64,000 nt of DNA from an uncultured Candidatus Saccharibacteria bacterium. Its GTDB lineage: Bacteria; Patescibacteriota; Minisyncoccia; Phycocordibacterales; DATDWN01. The stretch covers positions 392 to 64,391 of the forward strand of contig CAZDPS010000002.1 in assembly GCA_964507615.1 (NCBI GenBank). The letters are read 5' to 3'. Both the position numbers and the translations under genes were made by a program. A model generated the notes under the pieces. It was not told the origin of the DNA. It did no database searches and saw only the letters and a list, made by a program, of their open reading frames with translations. Numbering within the stretch: position 1 is the first letter of the stretch; every line of letters begins with the position of its first letter. Positions 9,127 to 19,428 of the stretch are shown here, piece after piece.

Positions 9127-10145
9127 AATTTTTAGTATTTACACAAAAAATAGATCAAAATGATACAACTTTAGGTTTTTTTTGTGATTGGATTAAATCG
9201 TTTGCTGAGAAAGCAGATTCTATTACTGTTATTTGTTTAGAAAAAAGGGAATTTAATTTTCCAAATAACGTCACAGTTTATTCTTTGGGTAAGGAAAGGA
9301 AGGTTTCAAAACTTATTTATATCAAAAACTTATATCATTATCTTTTTTTGATACGCGGATCATACAATAAAGTTTTTATACATATGAATGAGGAGTACGT
9401 TCTTTTGGCTGGTCTTTATTGGAAGATAATAAATATCCCATTGTTCTTCTGGAGGAATCATCCAAAAGGCAGTTTTAAAACCAGGTTAGCTGTTGCCTTG
9501 AGTACCAAAGTTTTTTGTACTTCCACGGATTCTTTTACAGCTAGGTTTAAAAAGACCGTTATCATGCCAGCTGGTATCAATACTGCCATTTTTGGGCCTG
9601 TGGAGGGGTCTGTGAGGCGTAAATACTCTGTTTGTGTGGTAGGGCGTATATCCCCAATAAAACGAATAGAAAGGGCTTTGGAAGCGATAAATAGGTTGGT
9701 ACAATCAGGTGCCCAGATTTCATTGAGTATTGTGGGTTCTCCTCTAAAAAAAGACATAAAATACTATAATTCTTTAAAAAACTACGTTTCTTCAAATAGT
9801 CTTTCTACCAGCGTTTCTTTCATAGAGGCTGTTACTCCAGACAAACTTCCGGAGATATATAGTAGTCATGAGGTTTGTTTAAATTTAACAGAATCTGGTT
9901 CTTTTGATAAAACTATAGTAGAAGCAGCAGCTTGCGGTGCCATACCTCTTGTTTCCAATAAATCATTGTCTGGTTTGTTGCCGGCAGTTTGTGTCACAAG
10001 TGATTCTGTGGAGGATATAGCTCAATCTATTCAAAAACTTTTAGAGGCACGTATTCAGGTTAGTATACAAAAAGAGCTAAAATCTTTTGTTAATTCTCAA
10101 GACCTAAAATCTCTTACAGAAAAATTATTTAGAGAAATAAAATAA
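9123..10145 (+). CDS. glycosyltransferase, GT-B fold (GT4-like)
   Basis: VGRISPIKRIE...ESGSFDKTIVEAAACGAIPLV C-terminal domain pattern. Confidence 0.6.
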   Translation: MKFLVFTQKIDQNDTTLGFFCDWIKSFAEKADSITVICLEKREFNFPNNVTVYSLGKERKVSKLIYIKNLYHYLFLIRGSYNKVFIHMNEEYVLLAGLYWKIINIPLFFWRNHPKGSFKTRLAVALSTKVFCTSTDSFTARFKKTVIMPAGINTAIFGPVEGSVRRKYSVCVVGRISPIKRIERALEAINRLVQSGAQISLSIVGSPLKKDIKYYNSLKNYVSSNSLSTSVSFIEAVTPDKLPEIYSSHEVCLNLTESGSFDKTIVEAAACGAIPLVSNKSLSGLLPAVCVTSDSVEDIAQSIQKLLEARIQVSIQKELKSFVNSQDLKSLTEKLFREIK

Positions 10146-10146
10146 A

Positions 10147-10860
10147 ATGTACAAGAATAAAAAAGTTAGTGTAGTTTTTGGAACATATAATGAGGCAGAC
10201 TCTATAAGAAGTGTGATAGATGGTTTTTTTGCCACTGGTTTTGTTGATGAAGTTATAGCAGTGGACAATAACGCTCGTGGAAATACAAAAGAAGAAATTG
10301 AAAAAACAAAAGCAATAAGAATTATAGAAACAAAACAAGGATATGGCCATGCATACATGAGAGCTCTGTCCGAAGCAACAGGAGATCTGATTGTGATGAC
10401 TGAGGTTGATGGAACATTTGAGCCGAACGATTTACACAAATTCTTGTTGTATAGTGATAATTTTCCAGTAGTTTTTGGTACAAGAACATCTCGCGCGGCT
10501 ATTTGGTCAGGGGCTTTTATGCCGTTTCCTGTTCGTTTTGCTAATTGGTTGTGGGCAAAGATAATAGAAGTTTTATATAATGGTCCAGTTTTAACTGATG
10601 TGGGTTGTACATACAAACTAATAAACAGATCTACGTTAGAAAAAATTAAAAAACATTTTTCATTATCTAAAGGTGATGGGACTTTCTCTCCAGAGCTTAT
10701 GATTTGGCTTATTAAACATGAAAAAAAAATAATAGAAATTCCTGTTATTTATAAAGAGAGAATCGGAGTTTCTGGTTATACAGGGAGTACCATAAGAGCC
10801 GCAATATTAGGTCTTAGAATGTTGCCTTTAATTATTAAGTATAAATTTAAAAAATTATAA
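10147..10860 (+). CDS. GT2 glycosyltransferase, Dpm1/GtrB-like polyprenyl-phosphate sugar synthase
   Basis: VSVVFGTYNEADSI...AVDNN...DGTFEPNDL (DxD-type) pattern, 237 aa. Confidence 0.7.
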   Translation: MYKNKKVSVVFGTYNEADSIRSVIDGFFATGFVDEVIAVDNNARGNTKEEIEKTKAIRIIETKQGYGHAYMRALSEATGDLIVMTEVDGTFEPNDLHKFLLYSDNFPVVFGTRTSRAAIWSGAFMPFPVRFANWLWAKIIEVLYNGPVLTDVGCTYKLINRSTLEKIKKHFSLSKGDGTFSPELMIWLIKHEKKIIEIPVIYKERIGVSGYTGSTIRAAILGLRMLPLIIKYKFKKL

Positions 10861-11504
10861 TGACTGATCCATATTACAAATCAAGATATGTTTGGGACAA
10901 TAGTCGTACGGTTGTGTGGAAGGAAATCGTGAGATTCTTGAAAAAGTTTATACCAAAAGATGGATCGGTTTTGGATCTGGGTGCTGGTTATTGTGATTTT
11001 ATAAATAATGTAGAAGCAAAAAATAAAATAGCATTAGATTATTCTCCTGATTTAAAAAAATATATAGGAGATGGGGTTAAGATGATAAATAATCCAGTCA
11101 CAGATATGTCTGAGGTTCCTAATGATTCTATAGATGTTGTTTTTGCAAGCAATCTTTTTGAACATTTATCGGACGAGGAATTATCCAAAACCATGTCAGA
11201 GATTAGAAGAATATTAAAAGATAATGGCAAGCTTATTTTAATGCAACCAAATTATCGTTTATCTTACAAAACCTATTTTGATGATCATACACATAAAAAG
11301 ATTTTTTCTGATGTTTCTTTGGGTACATTTTTAGTAGAACACGGTTTTGACATTGAAATTAGAATGTCTCGTTTTTTGCCGTTTTCTTTAAAATCCAGAC
11401 CTTCCATTGTTCCTGTTTATCCGTGGATAATTAGGGCTTATATTCATTCTCCATTTAAACCCTTTGCAGGGCAAATGCTTTTTGTTTCAAAATTAAAAAA
11501 ATAA
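10860..11504 (+). CDS. class I SAM-dependent methyltransferase
   Basis: VLDLGAGYCDF motif I and LKDNGKLILMQPN post-II region. Confidence 0.7.
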   Translation: MTDPYYKSRYVWDNSRTVVWKEIVRFLKKFIPKDGSVLDLGAGYCDFINNVEAKNKIALDYSPDLKKYIGDGVKMINNPVTDMSEVPNDSIDVVFASNLFEHLSDEELSKTMSEIRRILKDNGKLILMQPNYRLSYKTYFDDHTHKKIFSDVSLGTFLVEHGFDIEIRMSRFLPFSLKSRPSIVPVYPWIIRAYIHSPFKPFAGQMLFVSKLKK

Positions 11505-11505
11505 A

Positions 11506-13197
11506 ATGTCCAAAGTAAAAGATTTTTTTATGAATAAGGAGTGGTTGATATTAGTTATACTTCTAATTGCTTTCATTTTAATTAGATTACCAGGAACAGA
11601 TCTGCCTCTTCATCAAGATGAATACAAATGGCCAATGATAGTAAATCCTGATTATGTTAGTGATACAGAGATACCTCATCCTCCTTTGTCACAATTTATA
11701 TATCGTACTGCTGGTGAGGTGGTTGGATATAATGTTAATTTTCGTTTTGTGCCTTTGTTTTTTGGTGTAATAAACTTATTGCTTTTATATTATTTATTAA
11801 GGATGAGATTTGGAAGATCTACTGCCATAGTTGGATCTTCAATTTTTACACTTTCTTATTTTTCTGTTCTAGCATCTCTTATGGTAGATACTGATGGTCA
11901 GATAATGCCATTCTTTTTTTTGGTATCTCTGATAGGTTACTACAAATCAAAATTATCTTTTGGAAGAGAAAAATATGTTTGGATCGGATTAATGCTTTTG
12001 TCTCTAGCTCTGGGTTTTTTTGTAAAAGTGAGTTTTGTTTTAGTTATAGCATCAATCCTGGCAGATTTTTTGTGGGAAAAGAAATCATACATAACGAAAA
12101 AAGAATTAATTAAATACGCAAGTTATGTTTTTGGGGGAGGTGTTTTGTTATTTTTCCTACTGATCATTTCTCAGTACGTTTTCTCATTTTTTGATCTGAA
12201 TAAAGCTTTTGAATATTGGAAACACTTCGCAGAACTAGATAGAAATTGGTTTCAGACGAGTATACAAGTCATAAAAGCATTGTTGTACACATCACCGTTT
12301 TTAGTTTTGTTACCTTTGTTGTTATCTCGGAATAAAGCTAGGGAACTTGGGCCGTTTATATTTTATTTATTTTTTGGAATAATATTTTACGTTATTATTT
12401 TTGATTTTTCTATCGGAGCTCTAGATAGGTATTTGCAATTTTTGATTATTCCACTTAGTGCGATAGGTTCAGTAATGGTTGTATCTGTGTTTAAATCAAA
12501 TAATGATTTGAGGAATAAAGAATATTTATTGCTTGGATGTTTATTTGCTTCGATTTTACTTTTTCTACTGTTTGTTTCACATTTTGTACCTTCTTTACAC
12601 CCCAAGTCGGCATGGATAGGAAGGGTCTTAAGTTTTAAATGGAACTTTTTGTATCCTTTTTCTGGAGGTTCTGGGCCTCTTGGTTTTTATGTTTCGTTTT
12701 TATTTATGTCTATGGCTTGGCTAGTTTCTCTGGTGTTGGTTTCTGTTGCTTATTTTAAAACAAACTTAAGAAAAATGGTTGTTTTGGTTTTAATACCAAT
12801 TGGTTTGATTTATAATCTTGTCTTTATTGAGGAATACTTGTTTGGCTATCTTTATGGTTCTGCACCAAGGCTTCTAACTAATGCTGTGCAGTTTATAGAA
12901 AATAATCCAGATATAAAGATGGTTACAGTCTATAATGATAATGGAGGTAACGAAATTCGTAGTATAGGCAAATATAGAAAAAGGCTTTACACAGATCCAG
13001 CCTTTGATATAAGTGAGAAAATAGCGACTTTAAATACTTATAAAGAACACTATTTAGAAATAAACGTACCAAGAATTGATCCCAACAGTGTTTATCGAAA
13101 ATATCTAGATTCTTGCGAGGTTGTATATAAAGAAACAGATAAGAGCATATCAGCTACTGTATATGATTGTAAAAAGGTTCCTGATATAAAAATTTAA
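11506..13197 (+). CDS. GT-C-type integral membrane glycosyltransferase (ArnT/PMT-like)
   Basis: 563 aa with more than 10 TM segments. HQDEYKW acidic motif in the first extracytoplasmic loop. Follows the GtrA and GtrB-like genes. Confidence 0.6.
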   Translation: MSKVKDFFMNKEWLILVILLIAFILIRLPGTDLPLHQDEYKWPMIVNPDYVSDTEIPHPPLSQFIYRTAGEVVGYNVNFRFVPLFFGVINLLLLYYLLRMRFGRSTAIVGSSIFTLSYFSVLASLMVDTDGQIMPFFFLVSLIGYYKSKLSFGREKYVWIGLMLLSLALGFFVKVSFVLVIASILADFLWEKKSYITKKELIKYASYVFGGGVLLFFLLIISQYVFSFFDLNKAFEYWKHFAELDRNWFQTSIQVIKALLYTSPFLVLLPLLLSRNKARELGPFIFYLFFGIIFYVIIFDFSIGALDRYLQFLIIPLSAIGSVMVVSVFKSNNDLRNKEYLLLGCLFASILLFLLFVSHFVPSLHPKSAWIGRVLSFKWNFLYPFSGGSGPLGFYVSFLFMSMAWLVSLVLVSVAYFKTNLRKMVVLVLIPIGLIYNLVFIEEYLFGYLYGSAPRLLTNAVQFIENNPDIKMVTVYNDNGGNEIRSIGKYRKRLYTDPAFDISEKIATLNTYKEHYLEINVPRIDPNSVYRKYLDSCEVVYKETDKSISATVYDCKKVPDIKI

Positions 13198-13203
13198 AAA
13201 GAA

Positions 13204-13229
13204 GGGGTGCCCTTGTGAAAGGGCACCCC
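13204..13229. terminator. bidirectional GC hairpin between convergent genes
   Basis: GGGGTGCCCTT-gtga-AAGGGCACCCC, an 11-bp perfect stem. Confidence 0.7.
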
Positions 13230-13243
13230 AGTGTGCTCGCGAG

Positions 13244-13540
13244 TTAGTCAGAGAAGTCAGCGACAACCCAATTCGCAACGTCTCGCAGGATCGTCGCGAA
13301 TTGCTGGTGGGCTTCGTGTCGTCGGAAAGCCTCGAAAGCTTCTTGGCTCGTGAACGTCGAGAGTTGAACTAGATGGACTCCCTTGCGGGTATCCAAATTT
13401 CTCTCCACTCGCCAGAGTGTGATGCCTGCCTTGGCACCCCCACACTTCTCACCGAGTTCTCGGTGTTGCTGGAAAATCTCTTCCCTGACAACTTCATCCG
13501 TGTTGTCGAGGAAAGAAACAAACACGATATGGCTGAACAT
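13244..13540 (-). CDS. Dabb (stress-responsive alpha/beta-barrel) domain protein, GC-rich
   Basis: MFSHIVFVSF...TFTSQEAFEAFRRHEAH matches the Dabb pattern. Start moved to the ATG at 13540, which has GGAGG 9 nt upstream. GC is clearly above the flanks. Confidence 0.7.
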   Translation of the reverse strand: MFSHIVFVSFLDNTDEVVREEIFQQHRELGEKCGGAKAGITLWRVERNLDTRKGVHLVQLSTFTSQEAFEAFRRHEAHQQFATILRDVANWVVADFSD

Positions 13541-13664
13541 GTGTGTTGCCTCCGAAACATACCCTAACATTTTTAATGCAAAATGTCAATGTGTAGTTTT
13601 TTGTAAAGTAAAACGCAACGGAACCAAATGGTCCACGCCTCGTGTTTGAAGTATGTCGGTCTAG

Positions 13665-14351
13665 TTACTCAAAACCAGTCATCTTAAGGTGCTTATGACT
13701 GAGAGTGAACCACGTACGGAGGTAGTCGAATAATTCTTCTCCGATCTCTCGTGCTATTTTAGTGCGGATCGCAAACCTGGTACCTGAGTCCGGATGCCAT
13801 TCCAGACATCCAAGCAGGTCATCATGTATGGATCGTGGTAATTTTTTTGTTGTGAGAGGGTGTTTTTTTAGTCCAATATAATCTTGTTCAATAATGGGTA
13901 GGTTGGGTTGGAATTGTCCACTTCTTGCGATGACATGTGGCATCACATTTGCTAGACGGTCTGCGTCCTTAAGAACGATTAGTGGTGTGCTGTCGTCATC
14001 TTCATTGGGTTGGTCGTGGTTCATAACTGCAAACTTGATTTCAGAGATTTCTTCCGGGCTGAATTTTTTGCATTTAACCAGCATTTCGTTGATCATTTCC
14101 TCATACTCATTCTTGAAGAAACGGTCTAAGGAGTGTAGATGAGCCGCTATCCAGGTCATTTCAGCTAAACGATCGTTGTGTTCCGCGATGAGTAGACAGT
14201 AACCAGCTACCAGCGTATCGTGTTCCAACCCATGACCTCGGTTGTCTAATCCAACTTCTTTTAGTCCATGGTGTATTTTTAATAACTCACTGAAGAATTC
14301 TGAGTATCTCAGCCTCAGTTCTTTGTGTGTCAAAATCATTGGACTTGTCAT
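13665..14351 (-). CDS. HD-domain metal-dependent phosphohydrolase
   Basis: GHGLEHD and LKDADRL motifs (H...HD...D). Intermediate GC. Confidence 0.65.
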   Translation of the reverse strand: MTSPMILTHKELRLRYSEFFSELLKIHHGLKEVGLDNRGHGLEHDTLVAGYCLLIAEHNDRLAEMTWIAAHLHSLDRFFKNEYEEMINEMLVKCKKFSPEEISEIKFAVMNHDQPNEDDDSTPLIVLKDADRLANVMPHVIARSGQFQPNLPIIEQDYIGLKKHPLTTKKLPRSIHDDLLGCLEWHPDSGTRFAIRTKIAREIGEELFDYLRTWFTLSHKHLKMTGFE

Positions 14352-14455
14352 ACGTATGAAAATAACATTTTAAACGCTTAGAGTCAATATGTGGTAAAAG
14401 AGAATTCATAGTATTGTTGTATATATAAAATCATTAAAAAAGACTGTATAATATA

Positions 14456-15256
14456 ATGGTCAATTTTTTAAAACATATCAATTCAATCCCGTTTAGGTTT
14501 ACCATAAAGCACTACCAGATTTTTGGTGATTCAAAAAACGCACTAAAAGATAATTCTCTTACTTCAGTAGAATCTTGGAATGAACTAAGAGAGAATCACC
14601 CCCATTTCTCTATTCCTAGTTCTCGTGAAGAATGGCTCAAAGCTGTCGAGCTTCAAGTTACAAAAGACGGGCAGGACAGAGGACTTGCTGTGCGCGCAAA
14701 GAACATTGTTGATTTACTAAAAAAAGAAAATTTCAAATCTATTTTTTCTGCAGGTGTTGGTGGCGCCGGACTAGAATATCAGATTAAAAAACAGATGCCG
14801 AGTCTCACCGTGGTTTGCTCAGAATATTCACAAAAAAATGTGGAAATATTAAAAAAAGTTTTTATAGAATCTAGTGATATTATTACTTTTGACATTATAA
14901 AAGGTGATTGGAAACACATAAAGAATGATTACTTATGTGATTCTACATCAATATTACTTATGTATAGACTGGATGCTGGTTTTACAAACAAAGAGTGGAG
15001 AGAGATGTTTGAGTCAATGTTTAATTCTGGAATTCAGAGAATTGTTTATATTCCAACGACTCTACTTACAGTACTCTCAATTTTTAATAGAAAAAAAAGA
15101 GAGCTAGAATGGTATCTAAATAAGAGACCGGTTTCTTTTTGTGGTTATCTCAGAACCCAAAAAGAATTTGAAAGTTTTTGGTCAGGATTATATGAGCAAG
15201 AAGTCATAATATTTGGTGGATTGAAAGGATTTTTCTTGAAAATAAAAGAAAAATAA
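14456..15256 (+). CDS. hypothetical protein, possible Rossmann/methyltransferase-like
   Basis: 266-aa ORF. The only hint is the SAGVGGAGLE glycine-rich loop. Confidence 0.45.
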   Translation: MVNFLKHINSIPFRFTIKHYQIFGDSKNALKDNSLTSVESWNELRENHPHFSIPSSREEWLKAVELQVTKDGQDRGLAVRAKNIVDLLKKENFKSIFSAGVGGAGLEYQIKKQMPSLTVVCSEYSQKNVEILKKVFIESSDIITFDIIKGDWKHIKNDYLCDSTSILLMYRLDAGFTNKEWREMFESMFNSGIQRIVYIPTTLLTVLSIFNRKKRELEWYLNKRPVSFCGYLRTQKEFESFWSGLYEQEVIIFGGLKGFFLKIKEK

Positions 15257-15322
15257 CGTGTAGTTTTTTGTTTGCAAAACAGGTTGAAATCTGAGATACT
15301 GTTCTAGATATATACAATATTT

Positions 15323-16600
15323 ATGGAAGAATACATAGACATTCAGTTTGAAAAAACAAAAGATTTTTACAAAATACTAACTGGCTGTAGGCTTTGCGGT
15401 AGTAGTGATTTGCATGAATATCTTGATCTTGGTTTGACTCCTCCAGCTGATCAGTTTAGAAAAAAAGAAGAATTGGAATATCCAGAAATGAGGTACCCCC
15501 TTAAGGTTTTGTTGTGTAAGAATTGTGGTTTATCTCAACTTTCACACGTGGTTAATCCAAAAATATTATATCAGTTTGACTATCCTTACGAATCTTCTAC
15601 CACAAAGACCGGAAAGATTCATTGGAACAAATTTGCATTAGATGTTGTAAATAGACTCGGTTTGCAGAAAAATGATTTAGTTGTAGATATTGGAAGTAAT
15701 GTTGGAACCTTGCTTGATTCTTTCAAGAACCTGGGTTTAAAGGTGATGGGTATTGATCCTGCGCCAAATATGGTTGAAATTGCAAATAAAAATGGCATTG
15801 AAACAATATGTGATTTTTTTGGTGTGACAAGTGTGGACGAAGTCATTAGGCGACACGGCAAAGCTATGGTTGTGGTTGGAACAAATGTTTTTGCTCACAT
15901 AAATGATCTACATAAAGTTATGCGTATGGTAACTCGCTTATTACGTGAAAATGGAGTTTTTATATTTGAGTCTCCTTATTTCAAACACCTAGTGAAGAAT
16001 CTTGAATACGACACTATATATCATGAACATCTTTCTTATCTATCTATTAAACCACTAGTACCATTTTTCAAACAATATGGTATGGAGATATTTGCAGTTG
16101 AGGAATCTGAAATTCACGGGGGATCAATAAGGGTGTATGTTGCCAAGGAGGGTTCACGAGAGGTCGACCCGATAGTTACCAATTTAATTGCAGAGGAAGT
16201 AAAATTAGGTTTACACGAGGCGGAGGAAATGAGTAAATTTGCAGAGCGAGTTGTTAACAACAGAAAAGATTTGATGAGTCTTATAGAAAAAATAATTGAG
16301 CAAGGCAAAACGATTGCTGTGGTAAGTGCCCCCGCTAAAGGGATGACATTATTGAATTATTGTGGAATAACAAATAGGCACATAGTTTTTGCTACAGAAA
16401 AAGCCAAGCTTAAAATAGGCAGGTATACTCCTGGGGGACACATACCAATTGTGGCTGATTCTGAACTTCTTGTTTATCAACCAGATTATGCGTTGCTTCT
16501 TGCTTGGAATTTTAGCAAAGAAATAATGGAGAATCTAAAAGAATATAGTCAAAAAGGTGGTAAGTTTATTATCCCAATACCAGAACCAAAAATTGTTTAA
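15323..16600 (+). CDS. NDP-hexose C-methyltransferase (TylCIII-like: Zn-ribbon + SAM MTase + C-terminal domain)
   Basis: CRLCGSSDL...CKNCGLSQL zinc-binding N-terminus, VVDIGSNVGTLL SAM motif, 425 aa. Confidence 0.7.
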   Translation: MEEYIDIQFEKTKDFYKILTGCRLCGSSDLHEYLDLGLTPPADQFRKKEELEYPEMRYPLKVLLCKNCGLSQLSHVVNPKILYQFDYPYESSTTKTGKIHWNKFALDVVNRLGLQKNDLVVDIGSNVGTLLDSFKNLGLKVMGIDPAPNMVEIANKNGIETICDFFGVTSVDEVIRRHGKAMVVVGTNVFAHINDLHKVMRMVTRLLRENGVFIFESPYFKHLVKNLEYDTIYHEHLSYLSIKPLVPFFKQYGMEIFAVEESEIHGGSIRVYVAKEGSREVDPIVTNLIAEEVKLGLHEAEEMSKFAERVVNNRKDLMSLIEKIIEQGKTIAVVSAPAKGMTLLNYCGITNRHIVFATEKAKLKIGRYTPGGHIPIVADSELLVYQPDYALLLAWNFSKEIMENLKEYSQKGGKFIIPIPEPKIV

Positions 16601-16613
16601 TAGATATAAAAAT

Positions 16614-16997
16614 ATGAATATAAAAAAGACAAAAATTAATTTTGAAGATGATAGGGGTATGATTAGGGATATAATGACCCATACAAACGTAGACGCCATG
16701 ACCTACATTACTTTTGCAAAAGATGCTGTTCGTGGTAATCATTTTCATAATAAAACAATGCAATATGATTATATAATTTCAGGAAAATTGATATGCAGAA
16801 CAAGAGAGGGTAAAGATGGAGTGATGGAAGAGGCGATAGTGGAAGCTGGGGATTTTATAGTACATCCATTTCCAGTTTGGCATGCTTATAAAGCATTAGA
16901 GGAATCAGTTATGATTAGCTCCACAAATGGTCCAAGACAAGGAGATGAGTACGAGAACGATACTTTTAGATTACTCGAGGAGGATAAATTATTTTAA
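16614..16997 (+). CDS. WxcM/FdtA-like cupin (NDP-sugar 3,4-ketoisomerase-like)
   Basis: FEDDRGMIRDI...RGNHFH pattern. Start moved to the ATG at 16614, after the upstream stop. Confidence 0.55.
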   Translation: MNIKKTKINFEDDRGMIRDIMTHTNVDAMTYITFAKDAVRGNHFHNKTMQYDYIISGKLICRTREGKDGVMEEAIVEAGDFIVHPFPVWHAYKALEESVMISSTNGPRQGDEYENDTFRLLEEDKLF

Positions 16998-17002
16998 ATA
17001 TT

Positions 17003-18133
17003 ATGTTTGTACCAGTATCAAAACCTCTTTTAGGTAAAGAAGAGCAGGAGAGAGTGAATAATGCTATTTGTAGTGGAAACATATCTAGTTTTCAAGGTGG
17101 TTATATTAAAGAATTTGAAGAAAAATTCGCTACTTTTGTTGGGGTTAAACATGCCATCTCTGTAAGTAGTGGTACAGCAGCCTTGCATTTGGCAGTGATA
17201 GCACTTGGTCTTAAAGAGGGCGATGAAATTATCGTTCCAACCTTAACTATGATGTCTAGTATTTTTGCACCTCTTTATGAAAGATTGGTTCCTGTGCCTA
17301 TAGATATAGATGAAAAAACATATAATATTGATCCAAAATTAATAGAAGATAAAATTACCTCAAAAACTAAAGCAATAATGGTTGTTCATTTGTACGGTCA
17401 TCCCGTGGATATGGATCCCATAATGGAAATTGCAAAAAAATATAATTTATTTGTAATAGAAGATGCGGCTGAAGCACACGGCGCAAGATATAAGGACAAA
17501 ATGGTTGGAAGTATTGGTGATATTGGTTGTTTTAGTATGTATGCCAATAAAATTGTGACAACAGGCGAGGGTGGTATGGTTACAACCAACAATGATGGAT
17601 ATGCAGAAAAAATTCGTAACGTTAAAGCTCTTTCTTTTGGAAAGGAACACAAGTTGATGCATCAGTCGTTGGGATACAACTATAGACTTGCAAACCTTCA
17701 GGCCGCTATTGGAGTTGGACAACTCGAGAAAATTGAAAAAATAATAAAACTAAAAAGAGATATGGGCTCCTACTATCTCTCAAACTTAAAAGATTTAGAA
17801 GAATGTATTATTTTACCTTATGAAGCAGATTATGCCTTCTCAGTTTATTGGATGTTTCATATTGTATTGACTGGTAAACTTTCTGGAAGAAGATCAGAAT
17901 TTATAAATTTGCTAAAGGAGGATGGGGTAGAGACAAGAGAGGATTTTATTCCCTATCACGAGCAAAAAATATTTATAGAAAAAGGTTTAGTTAGTGGAAA
18001 TGAATGCCCACTTTCTTCCAAATATGCAAAAGATGGCTTGTACTTGCCGAGTGGTACAGATATAACGATAGAAGAGTTAGAGTACGTTTCAAAGGCTGTT
18101 CATGGTGCAGTAGAAAAAATGTTAAATAAATAA
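17003..18133 (+). CDS. DegT/DnrJ/EryC1/StrS-family PLP-dependent sugar aminotransferase
   Basis: FSMYANKIVTTGEGGMV retains the catalytic Lys (codon 17549-17551). Confidence 0.8.
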   Translation: MFVPVSKPLLGKEEQERVNNAICSGNISSFQGGYIKEFEEKFATFVGVKHAISVSSGTAALHLAVIALGLKEGDEIIVPTLTMMSSIFAPLYERLVPVPIDIDEKTYNIDPKLIEDKITSKTKAIMVVHLYGHPVDMDPIMEIAKKYNLFVIEDAAEAHGARYKDKMVGSIGDIGCFSMYANKIVTTGEGGMVTTNNDGYAEKIRNVKALSFGKEHKLMHQSLGYNYRLANLQAAIGVGQLEKIEKIIKLKRDMGSYYLSNLKDLEECIILPYEADYAFSVYWMFHIVLTGKLSGRRSEFINLLKEDGVETREDFIPYHEQKIFIEKGLVSGNECPLSSKYAKDGLYLPSGTDITIEELEYVSKAVHGAVEKMLNK

Positions 18134-18135
18134 AC

Positions 18136-19425
18136 ATGAAAATTCTTATCACGGGTACCACAGGAGAAAGTATGCCGCCTCCGTATGGAGGTGTCCCAAA
18201 ACTTTGTTTATTAATTGCTGGTGTGTGGAAAAAATTAGGTCATGAAGTGGCCATCACTTTTGTTTATAGACCAGATGATGCAGATGAACTCAGTGCCGGG
18301 GCAAAATATTTTTTTGAATACGAATCAAAACCAGATAAAATCAAAAAAAGTGTTTATCTTTTAAAATATTTTTTTAAGAACCCTTTTCTTTATTTTAATT
18401 TATTGTTTAGCTATCTAAAAATCTTTCCGAAATTTTCTACAGAAGCATTACTCTATTCAGCTTATGGGATACAAATGTACGATGTAATAGATAGTTTTAA
18501 ACCAGACGTCATTCTATCTGAGGCAGCACTAATAAAGACTTTTATGGTAGCCAAAGTGGCAAAAAAATTAAAAATTCCGGTGATTTTTGATACTTACGCA
18601 GAGATTCATGATTTATCAATGGGGGTTAACAAGAATTTGAATGAAATAGGTAGAAAAAATTATTGGGAAGAATTTTTAAAACTTTCAGATTTTATAATTG
18701 CACCAGGACCTCATTGTTGTAGAGGTCCACTTACCTATGCTCCAAAGGAAAAAATAGATTTTGTTTATGACGGAAGTGATTATGGGATGCTTAAACTGGA
18801 TATCAGTAACGACAAGCATGAGCTCAGAAATATGATGAAATTGCCTAAAGATCAGTTTCTAGTTGGAAACGTGGGTGCTTTCGAAGCTAGAAAAGGTCAT
18901 GATCATTTAATTCTGGCAGTGTCCAGGCTTTCAAAACAAGGACACAACATTGGAGCTGTAATATGTGGTGGTTCAGGTGACAGAACAAAATGGGTTAATC
19001 TAGCAAGAGAAGAAGGTGTTTTAGACAGAATTCATTTTTTTGGAAGACTTTCTCAATTTGATTTGGGTAGGGTTCTTAAATCTCTCGATGCTTTTTCTGA
19101 CTTAGAAAACACACCTCGAGCTTGTGGTTTAACCATGGCTATATTAGAAGGTATGGCGATGGGTTTACCTGTAGTTATTTATGATAATAAAGAGATGTAC
19201 GAAATAGTTAAGGAGGGTGAGAATGGTTTTGTGGTGCCTGTAGATGATATTGTGGCTTTGTCGGATGCAATACTAAAGATGTCTCAATTGCCCGAAGAAA
19301 TTAGAAAAAAAATGGGTGATAGAAGTTCTTTGGAGGCTAAGAGGATAGATATAAATTTTACAGCCAATGGTAAGTTAGAATTATTTAAAAAGGTTATAAA
19401 TAATTATAAAAAAAACACAGTTTAA
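18136..19425 (+). CDS. glycosyltransferase, GT4 family
   Basis: GAFEARKGHDHL...RACGLTMAILEGMAMGLPVVI pattern. Confidence 0.7.
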   Translation: MKILITGTTGESMPPPYGGVPKLCLLIAGVWKKLGHEVAITFVYRPDDADELSAGAKYFFEYESKPDKIKKSVYLLKYFFKNPFLYFNLLFSYLKIFPKFSTEALLYSAYGIQMYDVIDSFKPDVILSEAALIKTFMVAKVAKKLKIPVIFDTYAEIHDLSMGVNKNLNEIGRKNYWEEFLKLSDFIIAPGPHCCRGPLTYAPKEKIDFVYDGSDYGMLKLDISNDKHELRNMMKLPKDQFLVGNVGAFEARKGHDHLILAVSRLSKQGHNIGAVICGGSGDRTKWVNLAREEGVLDRIHFFGRLSQFDLGRVLKSLDAFSDLENTPRACGLTMAILEGMAMGLPVVIYDNKEMYEIVKEGENGFVVPVDDIVALSDAILKMSQLPEEIRKKMGDRSSLEAKRIDINFTANGKLELFKKVINNYKKNTV

Positions 19426-19428
19426 TAT

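Noticed and set aside
13594-15272. 14-nt direct repeat GTGTAGTTTTTTGT (13594-13607 and 15259-15272) as target-site duplication flanking the HD gene and ORF 14456
   Set aside because: It is a low-complexity T-rich 14-mer. Several such pairs are expected by chance in 64 kb of AT-rich DNA, and the repeats do not coincide with the GC-shift boundaries, since the Dabb gene lies outside them.
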